Assembly: GCF_024521635.1 (NCBI RefSeq) | Contig: NW_026250405.1 | Coordinates: 868,001 to 932,000, forward strand | DNA from: Tricharina praecox | Lineage: Eukaryota | Direction of reading: 5' to 3' | DNA length: 64,000 bases | Shown here: piece by piece, positions 37,334-50,497 of the stretch | Position numbering within the stretch: position 1 is the stretch's first letter | Layout: each line of letters starts with the position of its first letter | The notes under the pieces: generated by a model | Database searches by the model: none | Told to the model about the DNA's origin: nothing | What the model saw: the letters and a program-made list of their open reading frames with translations, nothing else | Position numbers and translations under genes: made by a program

Positions 37334-40300
37334 TTTGGCTCGTGAACTACTTGGGCCGTCCGTTGTGAAGGATTTCTTGATGAATTATTCCCGGAGGAAT
37401 AAATGCAGTACCCGCTGTTGTAAACGGCGGGTGGTGGTTGATTGTTTGTGGTGACTTACGGTAGCAGGACAATGAAGTCGCGCAACCGAAGCGAGCAGGG
37501 GTTGTTGAGCGAGGTTGATGTTGGGTTAGGAGGAGATGTTCGTGGAGGTGACGAACGAAGGTTGACGGAGGAATGAAGGGAGGAGCAGGTCGTCGAGGCA
37601 GGGAGGCTATGATGTGTTGGGTGGGTATTGCTTTCGGTCGATCGATTCGAGAGGTCAGGAGGAATCGAGGAGGCTGATTGACTAGTGTTTCCTCTCTATC
37701 TGTTCCTGCCTAGGAGAAATGTGAGAAGATGGATGGGGACCGATTCGCTCGAGGATGCTTGTCGGATGCGGTGAGCGAAAAGACGGGTAAGGGTATTCTG
37801 GGAGTTGTGGTGGTGTTTGTGGTTGTGGATTGTGGTGGTGGTGAAGTGGGTTGGAAGGTGGTGGTGGGTGTCGGGGGGTCGAAGGAGGTATGTAATGGGT
37901 GTGTAAGTGCGAAATGGAGGGTGTGGTGGGTCGAGCTGCGTTGCAGTGTGTGAGGCGGCGGACGGCGAGTGCTCGAGACGTGAAACGAGGAACGAGCAAG
38001 AGGAAAGGAGGGAACGAGAACGAAAAGAAACTCTTTCTTTTTTCTGTTCTTCTTCTGGGTCTTCTTTCTCTTCTTCTCCAGATCGCTTTCTTCTCTTTCC
38101 TTACTGCCGGATTCTGGGACCAGGCAAGAAATGCACTGACTTTGACTTGGTTACTAGACAACGGGAAACGACCGACGATCACGCGTCAGATCTCTTTTTC
38201 TTCGCTGAATAATGTGTGGGTGCGTGTGAGCGTGTGGGTGTGTGCGTCGTAAATGAATGGAAGAAATGGAACGGATCGATTCGAATTCCTCTCACGGATG
38301 AAAACAACTGAACTCGTTGTTGACGGTGAGTTGGCGGTGACCTGACGATTGATTGGCGGACACGGACGCGAGGGGGCGGCGGGCAGCGTTGGGTTGATTG
38401 CGCGCGAAACAACAGAAAGAGCGAGGGGAGAGGGAGTGAGTTCGAGGGAGGAAGAGAGAAAGAGAGAATCACCAACTTCACTGCGAACGATGTGTGTTTG
38501 CTGAGGACCCGGACAACTGGTAAGAGTTCGTGAGTGGTTCAGGGGGGGAAAGAGAAGCAGGCGATAGTTACAGGCACACACACCCTCCCTCAGCAGAAAC
38601 AGCGGGACGAGAGACGAGATGACCATTTGACCACCCCGGGCGAGCCACCGTAGTTACTCACCTCGCACACCACCTCCTCCACCACCACCACCACCACCGC
38701 ACCTAACGTACGGCCGCTAACTGTCCCCATGCTAACTCTTCACAGAAAGGGGGAACTGACGATTTTACCGATGCCTGTCCGGATTCACCAAGCGATCCCG
38801 ATTGCGAGCCATCGCTGCATCAGCTAAACTGTTCCCGGGCCCAGGACTAGTGCAGGTGGGGTATGTCTCGAAATTAGGTCGGCCAGAGTATGAAGGTGGG
38901 TAACTGGCTACCACGGCAACGGTTCCATCGAGAAGAACCCTCCAGAGAAGGAGAAGAAGACGGAGGAGGAGGATCATCGTGACCACCAGCAGATGGTAGC
39001 GGTGGTCGGTGGTCGGTAACTAGACAGTTGGGGGCCGCCATCACAGTGCAACCACAAGTGGAGACAGATGACGATTCCGCTTCAATCCCCCCTCCCCCCA
39101 ACCATTGCCACAGATACTACCGTACTCGGTTGCATGTGGCGAGAGCAGAGCGAGAGAGAAAAGAGCAGACGGAAGAACTGCTTCCTTCCTCCATGAGTTA
39201 TCGTGAAGGAAAGCCATCTCCTTCCTGCACGGCCCCCTGTCCACCCTCAATTTTCCCTCCTCTTCCCCCATGAGCACTACTCTACCTCTTTGGACGCTAA
39301 ACCACTACACCACTAGTCCTCCTCTCTCCGAGTATCCACCTCCTCCTTCAAGTTTCACCTCATCTCTCGACAATTCATCCACACCACGCCGCCAGGCGCT
39401 GCTGCGGAATCCACGCCGAACAGTGCGACCATCTCGACCATCACGACTTTTTTTCTTCAGCACCAGCTCCCAACTCCAAGTCCGATACATACTCTACATA
39501 TCACGCCGAAGCGAGGGCGCGGGGTACTCTATGTATGTACCGGCGCACTCTCTCTCTCTCACTCACTCTCAGCTGCCCTCATCCTTCCACTCGGATTCGG
39601 CTTTGCCTTTGCCTCATGCATGCAGGCATGCGCAAGCCACTCTACATGCTCTATGTACACACATACATGCTCTACATACATCTTACATACCCTCCCTGAG
39701 TCTCCTCCCCTGCCGAATTCCCGGTCCGACTCGCTTTCCATCCCAAAAACGGAGAGGACAGATTTGGATGGCGAGAAGCCGCCGCCAGTGGCCACCGTGA
39801 GTCCGCGACTCGCGATCAGTGCCATCTCAGATCTCTCCTTCGCTCACACGCACGCAAGCGTGGGAGCGATCGGACGGAAACATAACTATCGGTGCATACC
39901 AAGCCTCTGAGGGAGGGACCGAATAGAAACATATCAACACATCGATACCGCGGTGCCTCGGAGGGGTGAGGGAGGAACCTTCACCGGCGCACCGGTTGCA
40001 GCGAACGGAGGCAGTGGAATACGGTCTCTGAAGTATGCAGCGACCTACTCACTCTCCCACTCTGTGTCGGATGAGTGCGTGTGTGTGTGTGCATGCCGGG
40101 ACCGCCCAACCCAGCACAACCCATGTTGCAGGTAGATTGTAAGCGATGGAAACATGATCCTGGACGGTATAGTAGAATAGGGTAGAGTGATATCCAGTGA
40201 TTCGGCGCTTCATGGGATATCATCCCTTTAACGGTGAAGAAACTGGGCGAGTGATGGGGCGTGGAGATGCGCATCGCGCGCAATGGAGTGAGTGGCAAGC

Positions 40301-43300
40301 CACAGCACTATATATCTTTCACGGGCACAGGAGTGTAAGGATCGGATAGACACATGCATTTCGCGGGTCCCAAAAGGGAACACTCGACAGAGGCAGAGGA
40401 AGACGGTCCCCGAAGTGCAAATGATGTAAGCACAGTACCCTGTGCCGGATGAGTGCATGCCCGTCCCAGTCCAACCCATGTTGCATGGAGATTATACGTA
40501 AGCGATATAAGATGACCCCGGACGGCAGCGTGATGCCGTGTGATTTCATCCCTTCGGCTGGTGCTGTGGTGTATCACTCGGTCACATACAGACACGCCGG
40601 GCATTAGGGATTTTCTGCTGTCAGCGGATCGGTCGAGCGCGGGATTGAGTGGTTCAGCTATGTCAATACGTGCTAATCCGGCAGGCTTATCTAGTGGCCT
40701 ATCAAGTGGCCTACGGATTGACCTATACGTCTATCCCTTCCATGCCTTGCTGCGATGGATCCGATACCTGTGCGCAGCTAGGTAGAGGTGAAGTGTTGCA
40801 ATACATCACTCGAGCCCTTAGTCGCGTGTATGTACTGGGAGAGCTTTCTACACCACCTACTCACGCTGGAGGGGTGGAGTGGCGAGGCTACATTCGGGGA
40901 TCGGAACGGAATTGTGTCTGCAAGAGCAGGAGTTGTCTGCGAGGGGAGGAGGAGCTGCCAGCGAGAGCAACTTGCCACGATGGACTAGTGTCTTCGGCCC
41001 AGCGAACTACTACTGTTGCAACTTGCAGAGCGATGGGAGAGCTGTCGGCGGGAGGCAGCAGGAGGATGCAGCAGGAGGATGCAGCAGGAGGAGGACGTAG
41101 CTGCGGGAGGAAGCGAATGGGGCAGCACCAGCGTTGAGGGGTCCAGTGGTGCTGCATCCTCTCTTGGCCGTCTGCGTCTGCGTATGCTTCTGCTTCTGCT
41201 TCTTCCCTTTCTTCTTCTTCTTCTCCCTCTTCTTCTTCTTCTTCTTCTTCTTCTTCTTTTCATCACCATCATCATCCAGAAAGACGACCAACCTCACATC
41301 TTCTATTTTCCTCTGTGTGTGCTTTCTTCTAAATCCCGCCTCCGGCCTGGGGAAGTGTTGGCCAACGAACCACTCCCAAAACTACCTTCGACTTGAACAG
41401 CCTCAGCTCGCCTTGTCTTGTAACTTTTGCTTGCTATGGTGTTTTGTTTCGTCCCAAGTTGCAAACTTGCATGGAAAAATCTGCGAGATCGATATGGAGA
41501 ATCTTCATTTTGTACAGAGAACGTAGTACGTACAACCCATGGTGGTGGAATCCATTCGTAACTGATTTCAGTTCATGTAATGTACTTAGCTGCAGTGGAC
41601 AGCGCATAAATCATTCTTTGGGGCAGCAACAAAATACCAAATACCGTAGATATTGGAGGAAGAAACGGCAGCAATGGTCCATGGAAGTCTAGGTAAGATA
41701 CCAATGGGCACAGTACATAGACCAAAGAACCGGCAGATGAAATATGAACCAACAAAGTCAACGAAAAGGAACATGAGAAAATGGTATATTGACGAACTAG
41801 AACTAAAATAAAAAAGCAAAAACAAAGGGGAGGTGTTTTCCCTCGATCACCACCTGTTTATGTAGCCACACTATCAGTATACGCACACCGGGGGGTTCGT
41901 TTTAACTCACTCGGCATGCGTCGTCTTCGGTCCTCTCGTAGACCCAGCCCAACAACGAAACAATCTCGTCCTCCTCCCAATCAGCTCCCGAGGAGGAGGG
42001 GGAATGGCGCCGAAGCGCTGGAGCGATGTTCTCCGCTCGTTGCGACTTCCTTGAGGTCGCCGGCCATGACTCATGAGCATCGTGCCCGCAAACATGGCCA
42101 GCTCCGCGTGCCGCGTGCAACAGGAGCTGATTGGTGGGCGTCTTGAGGAAATGTGTACCTGGGTTCCAGTATATAGGAACCCGATGCAGATGGTAGGCAT
42201 CTGCCCCTGCACCCCCCCAGCCATTGATGACAGTAAAAATCACGGGGTTCTTGAAATTGCCGGTAAGAGAATTCTGGTCAGCGGAGACTGAGGATGAGGG
42301 CGGGTGTGGTTCTTACCTGGCTTTGAACTCTGCGCCTTTGGTGGTCGGCCGCGGCTGCCGCTCCTTGGAGATCCTGGACGACTGCTTGGGAATTGACTTC
42401 TTCGCTGCACGAGGCATTGTGATGGTGTGGTGGTTAAAGCGGAAGGTTTGTGGTGAGAGAGAGATAGTGGGGGTGTAGGCTTGCGGAGAGAGAGATTGTC
42501 TGTGTGTGTCGGTTGGTTGAGAGAGAGAGAGGGAGGGAGGAAGAGAGAGGGAGAAGATAACGTAGCGCGGCAAAGAATCGGCGAAAATGAAGAATGAGTG
42601 AGAATTTGAGGTTCTATTCAACTTCGAAGAGCCAGCTTAGCCCTCTGCTGCCACCGGCTAGACCCAGATTCAATTCGCGAAAGGACACCGAGTGATATTG
42701 GTGATCGCAACTCATCCCTACATACGAGGTAGCCATAACTAAGCGCCTGGCACCTGGCACCAGTGGATCTCGATGAGACCGCTGGCTCTGCATAGCTTTC
42801 GCAGGGCGAGGTGGATCTCTTGCCTAGACTCTGGTGTGTGTACGCTTGGCCGTTTGGCCCGCTCAGCTGCTTCCCCTTGGAAGTAGGTAGTTCATGTGAT
42901 TTTCTTCTTTTTTAATCTGTCTCCCTCTACTGTAGCTAACCTGAATGAAGGAATATGAGTGAGCGTTGGTAATTTGCTTGTATGGGGGCAAAAAATCCTG
43001 TCCACCATCCCCGCATACATCTCGATCGAGTGAGAGCTCATTACTGCCGAGCGCCAGCATAGATCTCCTCTTGTAACAATGTAGGCATGCTTTCTATCAG
43101 CCTTTGTAACATCTTTGTGGTGGGGTTGGCGGGGAACTGGGCTGGCACAACGACGGTCGCACACCGGGAGCGGAGAGCGTGAGATAGGTACAATAACACG
43201 GGTAGGTGCGTTTGGGCAACTACTCCCCGCCCTAGTTCACACGACGTTTCTCGTGTGAAAATTCTGGCGATGTTTTCTCGCCATTCTAAGGAATCAACTG

Positions 43301-43347
43301 GTCAAGAGGCACTGCAAGCTTATATACAACGTGCAGTAACTCCAGGC

Positions 43348-44452
43348 TCACATCTCCTTCCTGACCAAGACTCTCGACTCAACGGAGTCAATCCTCTTAC
43401 CAATCTTCCTCATCTCATTGGTCGCAGCCTTTGCTGCCTCCTTCTGCTGCTGCATAGTCTCCTCGAAGACATCCCTCATCCATCCGGGAATCGGTGCCTT
43501 CCCCGGCTTCTTTGTGGGGTCCGACGGCTTGTAGTTGTACACCACGATGTCCTCGAGACATCTCGCAGCTACGCGCTGATGCTTCTCGCTCAAGACTATG
43601 AAGGTTAACCCACTGGCCCCACGGCGCGCGTCAAGGGACATACTGATGACATCCAGCCCAAAGGAGTCGTCCTTGATTTTCCCAAGCTTATGATAAACCG
43701 TGACCTTGTCGGGGTACTCCATCGGCTGTCCTCGATCCCATCAGCGCCCCTATCACCCCACAGCCCATCCACAGAGAACATACAAACTTGTAGTCGACAT
43801 TGATACTCCTCAGGATCAGCCCGAGGCCTCGCGGCGTCCACAGGTCGCTCCACCTAGTGTTGTTCGCGGGATCGACGTGTTTCGCAAGGTTCCACGCCCA
43901 GTTGATGCGCGCGCTCTCCGCCCACCGGTTGTACGTAACGTTGTTGACATGGCCTAGGTGTCTCGATCAGCGCGTTCGATTCGACGGCGTGGGCGCACGC
44001 GTGCGCGCGGACAGACGTGGCGTACCCTTCCCTCGTCAGCCTCGTCCGCACTCTCTGATCTCTATGAAACATACCATAGAATCCTACACCCCCACCACCG
44101 TCGCATCAGCCGGTGCCCCTAGCTAGGTAGAGTACTCCCTCCCTCCGTGTCTCGGAGGAGAACAAACCATATCGCCCCACGCAACCGGCAGTCTATACAG
44201 CCCTCTTCTCTCGGCAGAGATGAGATAGCCCTCAGCGCCCGCAATATACCTCCTCCACTCGCGAGTCATGTCCTGCAGGATCTGCCCGGCCTCGTCGACT
44301 TCGGCCGCCGTGCACCCGTGGAAAAATAGTCGTCCCAGACGCGTTTTTTGGTCCGAGAGCCAGCGCGCGTTGTAGGCACTGTTGTGGCGACGCTGCTGGG
44401 GCGCGAGGAGGGTGCGAATGCACGGAAGGCGCAGGCGCATCTTCATCGCCAT
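43348..44452 (-). CDS. Hotdog-fold (4HBT-like) thioesterase, probably mitochondrial (exons 44452-44168, 44083-44075, 44026, 43953-43784, 43725-43644, 43595-43348)
   Basis: Basic N-terminal presequence. Reconstructed motif VAWGDMDSMGHVNNVTYNRWAESAR, followed by GLILRSINVDYKFPMEYPDKVTVYHKL and SEKHQRVAARCLEDIVVYNY, typical of fungal thioesterase-like proteins. Confidence 0.88.
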
Positions 44453-45681
44453 GGTTACTGACTTGAGGAGGAAGGAAGGCGTCGGAGTAGGAGTCGTTGC
44501 CCCGCCGCGGTAGTCGTGGATACCTAGTGGGGTTGGTGGGGGTGGTACATAAACGACAAATTCGGATAACTATCGGAGCCCCCCGCATAGACATGGGCCG
44601 AGGTGTGGGGTCGAATGTTACAGGAACTGAAGAGTCCACATCCGAAGGATAATATTGGGAGAGCTCGTAGAGGCTTTATTACTGAGCTTTGTGGATTTCA
44701 GCTTTCGACTTCGTCATGTGAGAATGATGTGGATCATGGACGGTCATGCAACTAATCAGCATTTATCACTCTCTACTACCTAAGCGAAAGCCATCACATA
44801 GTGGGAATAAGTTTGACTTCTTATGTCCATGTCTTTGGAATCCAGGAAGATCGGCCAGTTCATCTGTATGATACCGCCCGAGCTCTTGGAGGAAAAAGAC
44901 CATATTGTCTTGAGGTGGCCTCAGTATACGCAAGTGCTTCCACTGGGTACCGAACGTGAGCGTTTTCATCATGGAGATGACATTGACTTCCGTATTCATC
45001 TTGGAATGATACCTCGAACATCCAACTAGGCTGGAAGTACGAGTATATGTACCCTCTTGTAAATTGCTTAGATGAGAATGTAGGTACTGCAGATCAATGA
45101 AACATCACAAAGTAATACTCGACTGTCCGTTCACATGGAAATTCCAAGATAGGTACCTGACTCCCCCTTGATCCCTCCCCACCATTCAGACCTCGATGTC
45201 GCCTAGTCACTACAAGAAACCTCGACATTCTTCGAATACCGGTAGCAGTTTTACGAGGATACTTCCTCGTTATCGCATCCATCAATCGTTTTGTGGTTTT
45301 TTTTAAAAAAAAATCATCAATGCACTCGGCCTTATGTACCGTAGATCATGACAGGTACAGGCGGGTCCACCAATCATTTTTTGTGCCATTATCAGTGCCT
45401 TCAACCTTAATTGGATCGTGGTAGACACACTGCTTTCTCTTCATTATCCATGCATATAGGTACCTATATCAATGGGATAGCCAAACACGTAAGCCGAGTG
45501 GTATTTTGTGAAGAATACTAATTAGGCAGCACCTACCATAGCGCGATAGGGCAGCAGACAACTAGCGCTAGGGTATCTGCTGCACTTCTATATAAGCTGT
45601 ATCCTCCTCCACCGGTAAATTCTCACATCTGGATAAGCAGCCAGCTCTTCCCCCAAACACTTTCTCAACTACCTGTGCAAC

Positions 45682-47540
45682 ATGGAGTCGAAGACAGCGT
45701 TCAAACCGAAACTGCGAGTACGAGTGCGGCCTTCAACGTCGGTTTCAGTGCTGTGGGGAATCGTCGCTGCGACTGCCGTGTGGCTGCTTCTCCGTCAGGT
45801 ACGTCTATTAGGCGGTTGTGCGACCTCGAAGCACATACGTTGGTCGGCTAACACGGAGGCTATCATTCTAGTATCGCGCATTGCAGAGATCCCGCCCCAA
45901 GCGGGAAGTCATCACATCCATCCGCGAGAAATGGCAGCACATGTTGGGATTGCCAACGGTGATAACCGGCGCTTACACCAAAGTCCCACCCCTTCCCCTC
46001 CGTTCGTACTTTTTAAATAATAACATCCGTAGTTCAACCAAGCCACTTTCCATTACACAACTTTCCGCGGCCGGAAGCAAGTGGTAGTCTGCAGCTCCGA
46101 GTTGATTGCGGAACTCAAGAGCGCACCCATGGAGGCGATGAGCTTCACTGCCTGGACCCAGGAGCTCCTGCAGTGTGATATCATCTTTCCGTTGTGGAGC
46201 GGTGGGGTTAGGACGGCAACTCTGCCGCCGTTTGTGAGCAGGGTCACGTTTAGGTGGTATAAGGGTGCTATCACGAAGGATTTGCCGAAGAATTTCCCGT
46301 TCATTAGGGAATCCGTAGGTAGGCAGTTGACATATGAGCTGGTGAGGAGGGACGGGCCGGTGCATGACGTTGCGAGGAATGGGATTGTTGGGGTTATTGC
46401 CAGGTTTGTAGCTTTTCTTTCGGGGAGAGGGTAGGACTAATTGTCGGTAGATTCCTAGTGGGAGAGAAGCTCTCCCGCGACCCCGAGTTTCTCAAGATGC
46501 TGCTAGAAGTCTCCCAGCAGATCGCATATGCAGGCCCCATCTCCTCGATGTTCCCACAGTTCCTGAAGTCTACAGCAGTCAAGTACTTAACCCGCCTCGA
46601 CAAGACGACCTCTTTCGTCAGCCAGAAGCTACATGCCCGAGCAGACGCGGAGGCAGGGCAACCTCACGAAGATGTATGAGATCCCCAACTGTTTGGGGAG
46701 ATTATTGCTGACGGAGAATAGTTTGATTTTTTCTCGTTCGGTCTCACCGCGTTGGAGCGGAACCATGAGGAGTCTTGGACTGTCGACCGACTCATCACTG
46801 AGACGTTCGTCAACATTTTTGCGGCATTTCATACTACCTCCATGGTTTGTCAACACCATAAATTGATATCCCACTTTCAAAGCTGACTGATGGGTGATAG
46901 GCGTTTGCGGTATTCTTGATTGAAATTGCGACCCGCCCGGACTGCCAAAAGATTCTGCGGGAGGAGGCGCAGGCCATCATCGCCAAGAAGGGCTGGACAA
47001 TGGAGGCTATTGACAGCATGTGGATTCTCGACAGCTTTATGCGGGAGACGAGACGGACACGACCGCACAGCGATGGTATTGATCACTGCTGCTACACGTG
47101 GGATCCAACTGATTTGGTGTGAAGTTCTCTTGAACAGATTAGTCATGAGGCCAACCACTCTTTCGGACGGCACCTACCTCGCGCCGGGAACACACATCGG
47201 CGCTGCATACGCGCCCCGGGAATCCGACCCGCGCTACTATGCCAGTCCCGCTACCTTCGATCCGCTCCGCTTCTACACGCCCCGCATCAATTCACCGGAC
47301 CCTTCACACGCCCGCTTCACCTCCACCGACGTCGAATCGAACGAACACCTCGGTTTCGGCGGCGGAAAAAATCCCTGCCCGGGACGGTTCTTTGCGATGG
47401 CAACCATCAAGACGGCGCTGGTGCAGCTGCTGCTGGAGTACGAGCTGACGCCGGGAAGTGATAAGATGGAATACGTGTGTAGGTTTGAGGAGCATCAGTT
47501 GCCGAGTTATAAGGATCGCGTGAGATTTAGGAGGTTGTAG
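45682..47540 (+). CDS. Cytochrome P450 (ent-kaurene oxidase/CYP503-CYP512-like group), about 7 exons
   Basis: N-terminal TM anchor, I-helix FAAFHTTSM, K-helix LDSFMRETRR, FDPLRF and heme motif FGGGKNPCPGRFFA. Exons join in frame; TATATAA at 45589. The family assignment is tentative. Confidence 0.9.
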
Positions 47541-48846
47541 GTGGAAATGAATCTACCCGGGCCGCGCTTAGATCATGTCTCGGAATATCGGCAACATACA
47601 TAGTAGTTTCGGCATGGAGATAGTTCGCTGGTTAGTACTCCGTAACTAGAATGTAGCCGTAGGTTCCTTCTACCCGTGATTTTTTCAGGTAGTTAGATAC
47701 CAAAAATCCGCTGCATTTCTACGAACCCAGTCTTCAGTAACGAATCCGGCCCACGGACCGGAATTTCGCAGTACACTTCCGTGCGGACCGTGGTTAACTA
47801 TATAGCGGCGTGCTTACGAATATGCCATGAAAGTGCAAAAACGTAACTGCCGCCTAACGAAACTGCCCATACGCTCGAAGCCGACGCAATGGGCATTGTC
47901 CTGGTGATTTTCGGGTGCGTTGACGGTAAAGATCGAGTGACCGTTGTGCACTAGACAGGGGATACGGATCAAATGTTCAGAAGGTGCAAAAGCGAGTTCG
48001 AAGATGGGTATCCTAAACCGGAGCCTACACTCAGCATCTTGTGAAGACGAGCCTACACTTGAAAAAGTTGTACCTACAACTATCCTTACCTTTCAGATGC
48101 CCATTGTCAGGTACTCGCTACTTCCTATCCGTGACCAAGAAGGAGTAGGTTTTACCCTTATGCCTAATGGTCAATCAATTGCCTGTAGATATAATACTAG
48201 TGTTATCGTAGGTAAGTAGGTCTAATTTCTACCTTCACCCATAACTTCTGTTGCGATTCTCGTCCAAAAGCCACAATGCACATCATCACGCCACACCATC
48301 ACTCGCCGAAGGTTTTGCACATTGGTAATATTGGTAATATCTGCACACCTCTCGAATCCTGTTTATTTTCATACTTGCATCTGCTTCTGTCTGCAGTCAT
48401 CCGCTATTTTTTGCGAATCGGTCGAGAGTAATATTTACTCGTACTTTTCCCAACAACTTCCCGAAGCAGGACCGAGTGAGCGGTGGATGCACAAATGTGC
48501 CTACCCACCTACCTACCTGGCTCCGAGACGTGAAGAAAGTTGACGGGATTAAGTGTTTGCCCTTGAAACTCACTCCTTAAGTGTGCCGTTCAATTCGCTG
48601 ATCTGAGTCGAGCTCTGGAAATTGTTCAAAGGCTTCACTCGTGGATGGGACATAAAACCTGTGGTAGTTTGGCCTCGTACTGTTGCCTACTTCTTCACAA
48701 ATCTTGGGATACCGCTTTACCGACCATATTAACCTTCCTTAATACTGCCTTGGCTCCCTACAGCATCGTCAGCTATCCTTTTCCACCAAGAGACACCCGA
48801 TAAGCCTGGTGGGTTTCGCATTTCAGCCCGATAAACCCGCAAAACG

Positions 48847-50497
48847 ATGAATACCATCTCCGCATGGCAGTGCCTTCTCATCGGAGGCTTAGCCTACACC
48901 ATTATCTGGAGTATCTACACCCTCTTCCTCTCGCCACTACGTAAAGTTTCCGGCCCATGGTAACTTGCCATTCCCCCCCATCATTCGCCATCACTAATCC
49001 ACCCCACAGGTACGCCAGCCTCACGCGGCACTGGCTAACGCCGTACTCGGCGGTAGGCCAGCAGCAGACGGCGCTCGACATGCTGCACCGTCGGTACGGC
49101 CCGATCGTGCGCATAGCGCCGACAACCGTCAGCTTCGCGCACGCCAGCGCAACCCCGGCGATCTATTCGCGCGCCAGCGGCCTCCCCAAGGACCCCGTCG
49201 TCTACGACCAGCTAAACGTCCTGCACCGGCGGCACTTGTTCGTGATCCACGATCCAGCCGCGGCCAAGGCGCGGCGGCGTCTGCTGGTTGGCGGGTTTGG
49301 TCCCGCGAGGCTGCGGGAGTTTGATGGTGTTGTGGCGGAGATGGTGGAGAGCGCGGTGGAGAGGATTAGCGAACAGGCAGGGAAAGAGGGGAGCGCGGAT
49401 CTGCTGAAGTGGTTGTATTTCATGGCGGTCGATGTCGTCTCCGCGTTTGGGTTTGGCGGCGCGATTGGGATGCTGGAGGGGGGCGAGGTGGGTGCGATTT
49501 CCAGAGTGAGTGGCGGGCGAGGGCTAATGGATGGATGGATGCTTAGGAGACGCCCATTATTAAGGACTACAAGGCGATGACTCAGTACATCGGTCTCCGC
49601 CTTGCCTTCCCCTGGCTGCTCTGGCTAGGAAGCCGCCTCCCATTCGGCCCCGCGCAGCGGATCCAGGCCACATTCGACCGCGTGGAGGACTACGGCGCGG
49701 AGAAACTGCGGGAATTCAGCGGAGAAGAGGGCCGGCTGAAGAAGAACACGATGCTCGCGCGGATCGTCGAGGAGCAGAAAAAGTCAAAGTCCGATTCGAG
49801 GTATCATCTGGACAGGAAGGATGTGGAGGCGGAGGCGGCGGCGATGTTATTTGGCGGCACCGACTCGGTGTCCAATACGCTCGCATACACGATTTATGCC
49901 ATACTCTCGCACCCAGAGGCCCACGCCAAGCTCCTGGAGGCCCTCGAGCCGCTGAAGGCCCAAGACACCAGCACGCTCCGCGACGATGATTTCAAGGAAA
50001 TCCCGTACCTCCAGCATGTGCTCGACGAGTCGCTGCGCCTCTACGGAGCAGTCCAGGTTTTTCTCCACCGCACCGTTCCCGCGGGGGGCAGAAAGCTCGG
50101 CGGCGTGTTTCTACCGGAAGGAACCACGGTGGGCACGCAGGCGTGGAGCGTCCACAGAAACGACGAGTTCTTCCCCGAGGCGGAAAAGTTTATCCCCGAG
50201 CGCTGGGAGCAGCCGACGGAACTCATGAAGAAGATGTTTATGCCTTGGGGAGGCGGGTCGAGAAGTATGCTGCACTGTTCCGTCCCTCGGTGCTGAGGCT
50301 TGTGCTAACCGGTGGTAGTCTGTATTGGTCGGGGTTTGGCAATGATGGAGCTCCGGAGAACTACGGCGGTTTTCTTCCTCAAGCTGGGGAATAGAGTCAA
50401 ACTTGCACCCGGAACGAATGCGGAGTCCATGGAGGCCGAGGCGTATTTTGTGATGCGGCCGAAGGGAGGGAAGGTCGAGGTGGTCATCACGGAGTAA
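48847..50497 (+). CDS. Cytochrome P450 (benzoate 4-monooxygenase-like group), 4 exons
   Basis: PLRKVSGPW, LHRRYGPIVRIAP, I-helix FGGTDSVS, YLQHVLDESLRL, FIPERW, and heme motif WGGGSRICIG split by the last intron (~50266-50318). Confidence 0.9.

Noticed and set aside
41586..42417. Possible minus-strand multi-exon gene starting MPRAAKKSIPK
   Set aside because: Splice-like signals exist, but the obvious acceptors after the phase-2 donor lead to early stops and no family is recognisable; possibly a relic, not supportable.
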